In this document: in pieces, positions 1-12,500 of the stretch
How the letters are laid out: each line of letters begins with the position of its first letter
Position numbering within the stretch: position 1 is the first letter of the stretch
Assembly (NCBI GenBank): GCA_977030845.1
Contig: OZ365113.1
Span: 34,596,001 to 34,660,000, forward strand
Reading direction: 5' to 3'
Origin: Fimbriosthenelais zetlandica
Lineage: Eukaryota
DNA: 64,000 nucleotides
The notes under the pieces: generated by a model
Database searches by the model: none
Told to the model about the DNA's origin: nothing
The model's input: the letters and a program-made list of their open reading frames with translations, nothing else
Translations under genes and position numbers: made by a program

Positions 1-2949
1 CAGTGGTGACGTGGGTCCCTAATTGAACCAGAGGTCCCTTGATAATATCCCCATACATATATCCTCTCATCTCCATCCATGAAATGTCCAAAGTGGCTTC
101 AAACGAAACACAAAATTCGAAAGGAAAATGAAGCATGAAAAAAGGCAATGAAGTGCTGCAATATGCAGGCTGGGAGCCATATTTCCATGGCTATGGACCA
201 CACCTCCTCTAGTGGAGATTATGAGGGAAGGAGAGCTGAGGTCATAGACCCGGCCATAAAACCCACATTGTCAAGCTCCTGGCAATATGAACTTTGCTTA
301 AAGGCCATCCCGCCATATTCTATATGGCTCTAACAATAATGGGAAAACAACACCTTGTCTTTGCTCTTTCTCATCATTTCTATCATACTTTACACTATAC
401 AATATCTCACCATCCAAGCAGACAAATGGCTCTTTAATCATCCAAAAATATACTATGTTCTTCAGGTATAGATCTTTCTTTGGATTATCATTTAGGTTTT
501 TTTAACGTTTCAGTAGATCTATGTCTACGAGACATTGTAAAATTAAGCCTTTATTCGATCCCTTTATGGCCTGTGACAATGGAATAATCATTTTTATTTG
601 TACCTCTAAGGAGTAAATGTGGCAAAATGGGGGTGTTCGACCTTTTGATGGGTGTAAGTAGTATATGTAAAGTGTACTAAGTCCCGGGTCATTGATGGAA
701 GTAGTATACGAAAATGAACGATATTCTCTGGTACAAATTTCAAAACTTAACAGGAATATTTCTATCTTAGACATGACTTAAAATGTGTTGAAATGAGTAA
801 AGTTGGCGGAATAAAACGGATCATATAGCTTCCATACAATGTACCCCATATCCATCAAGAGCTAGCATACTAATTATAATACATTATTCAAAGCTGTATA
901 TGTCAGTTGCACTAGAAAATGTATATTGAGAATGTAGCCCAATAGGTAGTAGTATAATGAGGGGGAGTTTTATCATCTATATTGTTAACAGACAGGCAGG
1001 CTTTACGCGTGGTCTATGAGGCTTGTTACTGATGGGACGCTGACAAGCACGATTGCACCACTCAGAGTTCGTTATCTCCGTTAATGATAGTTACAAATTC
1101 AATACAGGCAGCAGAAGTGGCCGCCTCAGATCCAGTGGGGGATGGCTACTATGCTATTATATAGCAACTAGAGGGATTAACTCAATACATTTCCTCCCTA
1201 AGCTGACTGGTGATAATGACATAAAGGTTGGCCATATATCAGGCTCTAGAATATAGCTTCTCTCCCATGCATCAACATCTTTACCAGTGGTGAGACGCTA
1301 CATCCAATGCCACTCATTTGGATGCAAAACTCATATTGAAGCCACTTGGAAATTGGCATCATTGCGGCGCCTGGAATATTCCAGCTGTCTCCTATAAATT
1401 ACACTGTATCAAACCGATTCTCAACCGAGATTTCCTTTCCAGACGAAATTGGATCTTGTAAATGCTGTTTAAAGATATTACCATAGAAATCCGTTTGGTA
1501 CATCATCCATCTCCCTCGATGAAAAAGGGCTTGGTTACAATGTCTAGGACTTGAGAAGGGCAATACTATAGTCATTTCTACTTCATTGTATGCCTGCCCA
1601 AATAATCTTGTATCTTTATCTTGATACTTTTTCTATATAAGAGTAAGGGAGATGGAAAGGCAGGAGTGAGAGATGGGAGAGGGGAAGAGAGAGGGAGGGG
1701 GAGGAGGGAGAATGAAAGAGGAGAGGGAGAGAGAGGAACATGCACTTCAAAGGCCTTGTTCCATTGCCAAGACTTTAGGCTTTCAATAATACAATAAACC
1801 ACTGCCTTCAGAGACAAAGAGTCTGTGTTTAACGCCTTCCCCCAAACGTCAATCCATGCTATAGCTTCTAGAAGGAATTTTGAAAGCTTCTGTGTTATTC
1901 CAAAGCAGTATATTAGATCCAATGGCGAGCATTGGAAGGGACTGGCAATTGCATAAACTCAGTGGATGTAAATGTGTCAAAACACTAATGTAGATGTTTT
2001 TAGTTTTTGTAAATTTTTCTTCACATTTATTTTGTTCACTAAACATTTTACCTGAAAAAAAACTATTATTTCTTGGCACCTGTTGACGGTATCTGATACA
2101 TTGTTATACTGTAGAGATGTTGACAGGTGGTAATGCTTCATCCCCTTAGATTGAGACTGGCCACCTGTGACCATGTATGTAGTTATTTAAACCACTGCAC
2201 CAAAGTCTCCCATCGGGTGATTAAGACCTAAAATTGAAGCTGACACAAACCTATATATTTCCCCTTAAGAATTCATTACCAAGAAGGTGTCATCGGACCT
2301 GTGGCGTCTTGCCTGCATTAATTTGTGCAATTACAACTAAAATGAGTTCATTAAACAATGATGTTCTCGGCAAATTGACACCAAATCTAATTAGGAGACC
2401 AAAGACCGATCATGGTCCGGTCACCATCATTCACAGAGACACCTTTCGGGCATGATCTGAAGCATAAAACAAGTAGGGAGGAGTTTTTTTAAAGAGATGC
2501 TCCGGACCTTCGCCATGAAGCTAAGTCAATACTTGAGTGGGAACTGCTTTCTGAGCAAGACCAGGATTAGTATTCAGGTCGTTCGTGCTTTGCGCACACC
2601 AAAAGTGGGGAAAGGCCTGGGAATCAATCAGGAATACCTTTGTTGACTGATGGCTTGGGGGCTTAGAGGCGGGACCTCTTCTCACAAAATGTCATCCGCC
2701 TCAGGCATCTTACAGGAAAAAGGTGCAGGCGTCTGCTGGTATAGGGGGCACTGAGAGAGACGACGCTAGAGTCTCAAAATCATAAGGATTCAGTGGCTGA
2801 GTGGGTACCATGCAGGCATTTACCGATTCTCTCTGGTCTTGCTTATGTTTGTCTGGGGCTGAAAAAAATGGTCGTGTTTTAGCTTGGTGGTATTGATGGG
2901 TGCTGACTCTCAAACAGGGCTCTCAATAATCCTCCGACGCGCTCTGTTT

Positions 2950-3115
2950 GTAAGGATGGAGAGAAGAAAAGTTGCACGTGTGAGAGAAGAGAGGAATGAG
3001 GTGGTGGGATGGATGAGTAAAGAGAAGAGGGGGAAGAAGGGAAGGGAAATAATGGTACACATGGGTCGGAAAAGGTGAAAGATGGTGGCATGGGAAAAGA
3101 GACGGATCAATTACA
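2950..3115. repeat. Purine-rich (GA) low-complexity tract
   Basis: gagagaagagaggaatgag...gaagaggggaagaagggaagg; explains several overlapping spurious ORFs. Confidence 0.6.
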
Positions 3116-6100
3116 AGAAAATAGATCATGTTTCAGGGTAAAGGGACCTGGATACAAGTCATTTCATGTTTCTAGGTTAATACCCCAGCCTATATAATTG
3201 ACTTGCAAACACATATTTGCATGCTCGCCTTGCCCTTCTTACGCTACTCTATTCCTTAATACTTTCCTGTATGGATGCAAAATGGAAATTGAAAAAAAAT
3301 ATCTATGGGAGACTGACGGATGAGTTGGCCTGATCCCCTTCTGGATTGCATTACAATGTTTATGTAGGGAAACATAAAAACCCCGCATGAAAGCCTTCAT
3401 AGTGGCAAGTCATTAAATCCAAATTTAAATTGCTCTGGCTACAATCATAACAATGTCTACACTGGCTTTCTCTCTCCTCTCTCTAATCATTCCAACTCAA
3501 ACAAAAAAGAAACAAACAAATAAAAAAGTGTGAATGGAGGAGAGAGGGAGATAAATGGTTGGTTTGCACCACGGAAATCATATCTCTCTGTTGTAGCCGC
3601 TTTCATTTCCACCAATTTCCACTTGGAGGGGAATGACAGTCATAGATATATGGTTGAATTATGACGAGGCAGAAAAACCTTCCCCGGAGCCCTGGCATTC
3701 TGGTGCAGTAGGAGGATGCGGAGGGGGGTTGTGGGGGTTGCACCCCACTCCAAACTTGAACAATGTCTTATTATTTTATTTCAAAAACCCCAATCAACCC
3801 CATCCACCCCCCCCCTCCCAAAAAAGAAAGTGTGGGTTGTTGGAGGTTGGGGGGGTAGTAAATTTCAATTTCAAGCCCCCCCCCCCCCGTCTGGTGTATG
3901 TACTGCAAACCTTCTCAGCTCCTCTCTCCTCATTTATTGCCACATTTTTTAATACTTTTTTTTTGCTCCAGGCAAAAGTATGTATGCAAGTGATATGCAG
4001 ACCTAGGGGGATATGTAAAATAAGCAAGCTTGGAGACTTAACTGAAGCTGTTGAGAAATGAACCAGAATTAAGTCTGTGATATTTTATCCCTGTCCATGA
4101 CTAATAGTTGCGTATTTTACTGTCAGAATTCATGTCCATATCAAAGGCGAATCGGAATATTTTATCTAGAAATTAAGACTTTTTCTGTCGTATATTTGAT
4201 TCCAGTTATGTCTATACTGAAATTAAAATATCCTGAACCACTCTTAGACCGGCTCTTAGGCTGACTTGTAAGTGGTTTTAATGGCTTTAGTACACGTTGT
4301 GATTGGTTTTACGACATGACAGTGAATTATGGTCACAATAATCCACCGTTTTTGGAAACAATAGAAAACCAAAGTAAAGCATTAGTTGGGACGGTGGAAA
4401 TAATAGCCTCTAGTCATTCCCTTGGCATCTTACAGGGCGCGTCGATGATAGAGTAGACTGACTATCAGTATACTGTGACCCGAGTCTACTGTCCACTCTC
4501 ACCACACTAATCCCCGCCTATTCTAGATAGACAAATGAATCACAGCACAAAGCCCTGGTGTGGAAAGCTTCTAATTAACATCCCATATACGCCTACTCTT
4601 AATTAGCGGCGGATATTATGCAAATACAAGAAGCCAACAATAAATCTGCCCTGTTGTTTTGTGGTCTGGGCGAGAATCCCCAGGCTGGGGGTGATGGGGA
4701 TATAGATGGGGTGAATGCTGGTCGAGGATTCAACTTGCCTCTCATTCCCAGCTCTTCTCCATCACCTCACCCCTTCACTTTGCCCGGTACCTCTGATTAT
4801 CCCTCGATGGCCTTCTATATCCGAAGCCATTTCTGTCTGGATTTGAGGATATAGAAGGAAGAATTGGTCAATTTTACAAAATAGTGGGATCGGAGGTGGT
4901 ATGTCCAGTCTGAATATAGCCAAACATCGAGTCCTACTTTTGGGATTTCTCCCGTTCAAACTGAAAGAACGGTAGGCCATATATATATGCGATTATATAT
5001 GAAATAAAATAAAGTAAAATGTGACTAGTGGAACAAAATTTTCTTTTCTTTAATCTTCTTCTCCGTCATACTATGTAATCATATCTCCCAATATCACAAT
5101 CTAATTATATAGAATATGCATCATATACGGACATCTGAGAGGTCTTTGCAAAGTTTTGCTAAACCTTTGACAAATATTATGAGTCAACAATAGCTGCAAA
5201 CGTCGGCTATTGCCTTTCAAGAGATTAGGCCAGAAAGGCTCTATTGGCAACATGAACGCTTACTATAGGGATAAGTCTCACTGAGGTTAGAAGAGGAGCT
5301 TTAGGGAGAAGATTAAAGTGTTTGTATAATATTCTTTCAATGTCATTGGAAAAAGCTGAAGGACAAAATGTGTCGTTCCTTGGATGGCCAGCATCCTGCT
5401 TCCTAACAACTCTCATCTTCATTTTCTCCTGCTCTATTAAATAATCATGGCTTCTTAATTACCAAGCGTGAATTATTGAGGACTTGTAAAATGTACGACT
5501 AATTTGGGTTAATCTAGACGGCCCATATTGGAGACAGTGATAAGAGGGTGTGTGTCATTATAAGTGATTACGGTATGCAGATTGGAGGCACACTGATCCT
5601 TCACTTAGCACTATCTCATTAAGCCTTAATTCAATTTCAAGTTTCAAGACTCAAATTAATCTGTCCAAGAATGAAGCTGAGACGTAAAAAGTAGATTCTA
5701 TATGTTTTATGCCTTAATTTCTCCTACAATATTCTTCCAAACATACTTTCAATGATATGGAATGAAGTAGTATTACAAAATGGGAGTCGGTACCACCATC
5801 TGAATGCACCATCTCTGGACACAACACGATCTCCCAATATTTCAGGATCTGTTTGAAGAGATTTGATTAAATGCACACAAAAAGCCGGGAATTCATCAGT
5901 TTCAGACCCATTTATTGGGGAGTGTGATTCCAGGCCCGATGCTGGCTGGTCCCTGTATTTTGTGCTGCAGTTTATCTACGTATGCCTTGGGAATTCTTCT
6001 GATTCCAACACTAGTCCTGCAGACTCAGTTCTGGCTTCTGCCTTCGCAAATCTGTTTAGACGCCTTTCAGAATCTAATGATGTATTTCACATCAAAATCC

Positions 6101-6454
6101 AGGAAGCCACCACGTGGAAGAGTACACTTCAAACACTACCGAGTCTGTATTGACATTAAGATGCTTAAACTCAACACTATACTGCATTTAATTGTCAGGC
6201 GAACAGGATATTGGTCTTCATGAAAAAGCTTTTTACTCTGATTTATACAGTAGGTCTCTTTGTCATTATAACAAAAGGACGGAGTAATTTCCGAGTTTGA
6301 AACCAGCCTCCGGAGAAAAAAATCATATTAAAATGAGACAGGATATTGCCAATGTATATACACAAGAAGTGTTCGGCTGGTGTCATTTTAAATTATGTTG
6401 TGGGATGGGAAATGGGTGTTTCTGGAGAGGTGAGGAGAAAGGGAGAGTAGTGGC

Positions 6455-6510
6455 GGGTTGTGGGGGGGGGGGGGGGGGGGTAGGGGGATGGGGGGGGGGG
6501 GGGGAAGGGG
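6455..6510. repeat. Poly-G tract
   Basis: Runs of 19 G, 5 G and 14 G, visible directly. Confidence 0.8.
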
Positions 6511-9344
6511 TGTACTTAATGTAGCAGAAGTGGAATAGTTGGACGCCATCCATTGGCGTGGTTCCAGGCCTGTCGACCATCGGGCGACTTAATGTTGTTA
6601 GTTCTGAATCGAGCGCCAGCACACCCCCGCCAACACCCCTTCTTCTGTTCTTCCTGGTGAAAAATACATCAAGATGTGCTTACTTTATCCTAGCCTCTAC
6701 ATGCTAGCCGTGTAAAAGCCTCGCTTCTCCCGACCACTGCTGATCAATTCAACATTGATCCGTGGTCAATGAAACGCTTTTAATTCCCCCCGCTGCTGTG
6801 ATATGAAGTGGAGAGAAAGGGCTGTCAAACAAGACGGTCATAATTACATTAGGCATTATTTCATCATACTTTACTCTTCTGCTGACAAAACTATAACATT
6901 AAAAATATAAATGGGTTATCAGAGGAAGCCTATGTCTGCCATTGTCTGTGGTGGGAGCGTTATTCCTACCTATCAATTATCTAAAGCGTATTTCCTGCTC
7001 AACTCAAGGCAAGACTCTGACCATTGCTGCGACAATGATAACAATTTATGATTATAAGAAGTTTATTCCACTGCTTGATAGTTATTGACTCTCTTTGTGT
7101 GGGAATTCTACACAGCTTATGCTTTTCTGTGTGCATGCCATCTTGCTTCTCTCCAAAATGATGTGTGTATTCTTCAAGAGATATTTAAATTCTGAAGAAG
7201 ATGTATCTAATAATAAAGAAAGAAAGATTTCTAAGCATGTTATGCATTGATGGGAATGCTGATGAGAAAGAAATGCCGTTGCGATTGCATCTGAATTTCT
7301 CCACCATTTCTCTTTACAGCTGATTCATGCATGGGAACTTTTGCCATCAGTGAGCATTTGGCAAGACTGACTTTCATTTTCTCCATCATTTGATGAAGAA
7401 TCATGGCAAAAACCCCAAGCCATGAATCTCCTGCCCGTACCGCTACTTCGCGATACATGGGGGATTATTTCATTCATCGAACTCGTACCAACCTATCCTG
7501 AAAGCTTCCACGCTGGATGGGATTCACAGTTGTGTAAGCCCTCTTTCCATCCCATCATGATTATTACATAATATCATTGGAAGTGATCCCTGCAATAACA
7601 TCCCTCCTCTGGCCATATTGCCTCCAGCATTGCCCATGATTCATGAATGAAAGGACAGTATTCTGAGAGGCAATGATATGTAGGCCAAATCACCTTATAT
7701 AGGACACCCATCTCCCATTTACCTCTCGTTTTTTCCCTCGTATTACATTATTTCATTTCATGCTGCATTTACCTCAGGTATGTGCTATACTTTCTGCCAA
7801 TGTTAGTGTTGCATATCTTTGGGAATTTGGTCTTCCTAGTGGCACGTACCTGGAACAAAATGGATGGTCATTTTGATTGTTGACTTTTCCATTGACATTC
7901 AACGCATATTGCGTTCTTGCATCGTGTCCCTTTGGATTGTGAAATTCATATCAACAGGTTTTGTGGTCTTTGTGTAAATCTGTTGTCTTCAAAAACAGGT
8001 TTGATCAGGGGATGCAACGCCTCCAATGCATGCTTGAAACATGGTCATCTCTTCACAAATAGCAAGCCTCAATATCGTTCTCTTAAATAAGACCTAACCA
8101 CTTTTCTTAAAATTCTCTTAGTTTTCAGTTAATCTTCTCACAACAATATCAGAGGTTTTTGACGTGTTGAATGCACTAAATAAACTCTACAAGACTCATA
8201 TACATCTGATTAGAGTGTTGAGTGGGGCTATTTTTCCTATGTTGTGTGAGAATCATGTGTCTAGTATGCAGCAGCTGACAGATAAAATTAACCAATTTAG
8301 GCGGTGATGCACTTCAGCAGGCAGAAGAATCCGCTATCCATATTTCCCGGTGAAAATCAATCCGAGGGAATACTCTGCTGGAATATATATTAGGCCTAGC
8401 CTTCTGCACGCCGATGGCGTGCCTATATGGCATAATCCCAGGGTATTTTCCACCCTCTACACCAAAAATATTGCGTCCATATCGCCTTGTCTGTAACTGT
8501 CTTCTTTCTTTACTGTCTAATATATTTCGCAATACTTTTAGTTCAGTCCTTGGTTGAATACGAAGATATTCTCATATGACATTTCAGCTGTTAAACATTC
8601 ATATTCAGTTAAGGGATTTGAATTGAATTATTTGAATTATATCAGTCATTTTACAGATAAATCTGTGGAAATTCAATGATAGTTTTCTTATATAGGAATG
8701 GCCCTGTTGTGGATTATGTAAGGATAAGAATATAATCATGACGTTAGAATAGGAAAACTCTATGAAAACACATAATGAAAGCTGCCCTATAGTTGAATTA
8801 TATTTTCCTGGGTATCTTTTTTTCACAATGTCTTCGTAAATTTCAGTCCCAGTGGGACCCTCACTTTCTTCCATCGCAAATATTATTCTGAAGAAGCTGA
8901 TTGCGATCTCCTGTTGCCATGCGTAGTGAAGGCCCTCATCCAATTCTTCATCCCATCTCAAAGCCATCGGGAAATAACTGTTGCTTGCTAATTGGATGAT
9001 AAACCGACATAGGCACACTGCAAATTTCCCATATATAGCTCTATATGTAACTCTATCACCAAATACATCATTCCTGGAGATTTCTCCCGAGGTTCTGTCT
9101 TAAAGCCCGGGCTTGACTAAAACATCTCTTCCATCAGTTCCCTTTCCATATTTTCAGCACAGTTGACAATATCAAATTTACTTATTTTCTCACTTGATAT
9201 CATTTAGATATATATGTAGCCCTATATCCCCAAGGCAGAAGCATATTGCGGTAATTGGTCTAATGTATGACTGATGACTGCTTTAATTGTTACGATCTGT
9301 CACAATAGAGGTCTCCACTGGGAGAACTGTGTCTTGTTCTCCAT

Positions 9345-9560
9345 TGCAGATTGGGACAATACCCTAGCAGATTGCAGTCCAGTTCCCTGCAGATTGAGTC
9401 CAGTCCTCATGCATCAGACTGGGCCCATTTGCCAGACAGTCCCCAGCAGATTAAGTCATGCTCCCAGCAGATAAGATCAAGCCCCCTGCAGATTAGGTAA
9501 TTTCCAGCAGATTAGGTCCAGTCCCCAGCAGATTGGGTCCATTCCCTAGCCGATAGGGCC
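9345..9560. repeat. ~21-bp degenerate minisatellite
   Basis: gcagatt(a/g)ggtccagtcccca-like units; gcagat recurs about every 21 nt, roughly 10 times. Confidence 0.8.
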
Positions 9561-12500
9561 TGAGTTGAGTTGACTCCATTTCCCTGAAGACCAGGCGTCT
9601 TCCTGTATGTACACTCTATTACGCACATTGGATATTGCATGTATATCATACATGGTATGCTTGACAATGTGGCAAAATCTGTTGAAGATTCCATAATAGT
9701 GAATCCCAGCCCACTTGCCTATAATAAGGAGTATGGGTTCTTATTCAAGCTGTATACTTAGTGGGGAAGGTGTGGAGGAAGCCTCAGGGGAACACTGAAA
9801 CCTCTTACAGGAAGGGTGGCTAGAACAATAGACCTTACACTCTCTCAGTTGCTTTACGAGTGCAAAGAGGCCAGAAAATAACAGGTAACACTAAAACAGT
9901 GATCTCTTGCTCACTCACTGAGGCAGAGTAATGGCTAATTTGGCTGAGTAGGTGGATATATGTGCTGATTCCACCTGAATGTCTTATATCTTATCAGTCA
10001 TTTCATTCTGATTCCTTTCTCGTAGGAAGAGTAGAGGATATGAGCATTTTCGGCATCGACGTGATCTAATAGTAATGCTGCTTGTGGGGAGTATATTAGA
10101 ACTGCAGAATCGCAGAATTGGAAAAATTATATGATAGAGAACATCTCTCATTGATATCGAGAGTTAGTATTGTCCACAATTCCAAGATAATATGATGTGA
10201 TATTTCTTAAAGAAAAACTGGATTACAAGCATGTCTTCATAAAATATTCTAAACTCTGGTCGCACCCATAGAACAAATGACCATGATTAAGTCTAACCAA
10301 TGATGAATGACATAAAACATTATAATGATGATGGATGGACCGAGGGCAAATCCTTTTGTAAATATTCTTTTGGCTAAAAAGGAACTCCATCTCATTGGGA
10401 GAGCTTGAACTTTTTCAGGCACTTCTCATTTTGATCCCGGCTAATGTAGCATGGTGGGGTAATGCTCTTGAATGAAATGAGAAGTGTGGTCAGGATGGAA
10501 GGGGCAACTCTGTGATCTAGTCTCAATCACTCGCGGGTATTAATCCTCAACAAGAAATCCTCCCATGTCTCACGCTTGTTGATTCGGAACTACACAGTTC
10601 TTGGTAAAACTATCCCAAGGCGAAGGAAGCCGGACTATTTCTGGACATCATTTCATGAAATACAAAAACCGGTTTCTGCTTAAAAACCTGTTTCTGACTT
10701 CATTAAAATGATGGAAGCTTTGAAAAAAATGAGGAGAAAATCCTGACGTCTCAATGAAGGTAGGAACTAGTTGCAATACATGTATTGTGAATTTGATTCA
10801 AACAATTAGGGAAATTGCTATAGGGAGAAAGTGGTTCCAGCATGTTGTTAGATTTATCTGAATATGGCCATTCTACCGTGAGAAAATTGTTAAAATAAAG
10901 ACCTTTAGGAGTAATTGTCCCAACAATTGGGAAAACGCCCTTTGGTCATTATGGGAATATATACCCCTTATCACACTCCCACAAAGTCTGTATGATCGTC
11001 GTCTATCTGAGGCCCAGCTCCCTCAGAAATCACCGATTTATTCTTAAGTCCACTGAGCCATGAAACCTTACTCCAGTCTTTGCTTCTTCCGTCCTAAAAC
11101 TAGGCCCCTGGGCAGGTCGTCTTAAACCTGTCGGGAATAGCCTAATCAGATTAAAATCTTCCGCGGTGATATAGAGGAATAAATGAGGCAAAAACAGCAT
11201 TCTTAGACCATCTCAATTAGGAACGCTTCAGGATGAAGGCTAGAGAAAAAGGAGGGGAGGTATGCATTGGGGACTGCCTGGTGGAAGGCATATAACGATG
11301 TTGGTCTAAAAAAGGTTTTCAGACTCCTTATAGTCAGCCGATGGCGCTAGCAACTCGCCTTATCAACACAGGTTCTGACCCCAACTTCCGGTGCCACTTC
11401 CGGTCTGCGGCAGGCAGTGAATCGCTGTGAGAACAATTAGAGACCGTTTTGCTCCATGCTCCCATTACCCGGAAGCGGAAGCAGTCACGATGGACAAGTC
11501 CCGCAGAAAGAGGAGACAGCAGGTCCGCAGCTACAAGCCGACATTGGCCCGGGCCTTGTCACGTTCATTAAAGTTTAGCTAGGGTAAATTCTAATCTGTG
11601 TGGAGAAGGGATGGGCTGGGTGGAGTCGGGATCTACCGCTAGGATGAGCGTGTGTGTACCCTTCTGGGCAGAGGATCCACGTCTTGGATTACCCAGGCCT
11701 GCGAGTCGTGCGCGGGGTCAGCAGGTCGCAGCAGGTGGCTTGGATTTGGTGAATTTGACTGAGATAAATGAGAAATGGGAGGTTCAGGAGCCTGATAGAT
11801 GCTCGCCAGGTTCATGTGGGCCCTGAGTTGAGGTCAACAGTGGAAAGGGCCAGCAGCCTGGGCTGTATTGTGCATTTAATATGGGGCTGGGAAAGTGAGA
11901 GCTAGGTGCCAGCACTCTATGTCATGCCAATGCAATTAATGGTGCAGGCCAGCTATGGGCTAAAGGATAAAACTAATGGATTTTCTCCTAAGCTGGAAGG
12001 GTAGGGAGCCATATACAGGTACAGCTAGGAGATGGTGGAAGAGGCTATAGTGAATAAAAGGGCGCATAAAGACCAAAACAAGAACACATGTATTATATTA
12101 TGATATTATACACTTATTCACTGGGATACGTTTTCAATTCATTTTTTTTGTATATGACAGTTTGGGTTCTACTGTCCCACAGCAAAAGGCTCTCATTTTA
12201 TTTAACTTGAATTATTCTTAAGCTTAAATGAGGCGTTTCGAAAATTTCAGGGAGATGGCTCCCTTCAAGACAAGAGTGTCTCATATCAGATCTTTGTCGA
12301 TCAATCTTTAATTTCCGACCATACCTCTTATCTAAAGAAATGATAATTCCACTCGTTGAGCCTAGCCTTATCACCGCCAACACCTGATAGCCTATCATGT
12401 GTGGAAGTCATTCAGCCTTTCATTTCTTTCACCTAACTTTAGCATCGTCCGTGTAAAAAGCACTAGGCCTTTGTTTGCCCGATGGCTTGGAAAAAGCCCA

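Noticed and set aside
2879-3129. Cluster of ORFs here and at 3633-4061 and 6297-6622
   Set aside because: Low-complexity purine or poly-G/C tracts give Pro/Gly/Ser-rich open frames with no domain signal.
9345-9560. CRISPR-like array (also considered for 28887-29037 and 62774-63054)
   Set aside because: Units are contiguous with no unique spacers; eukaryotic context and no cas genes.
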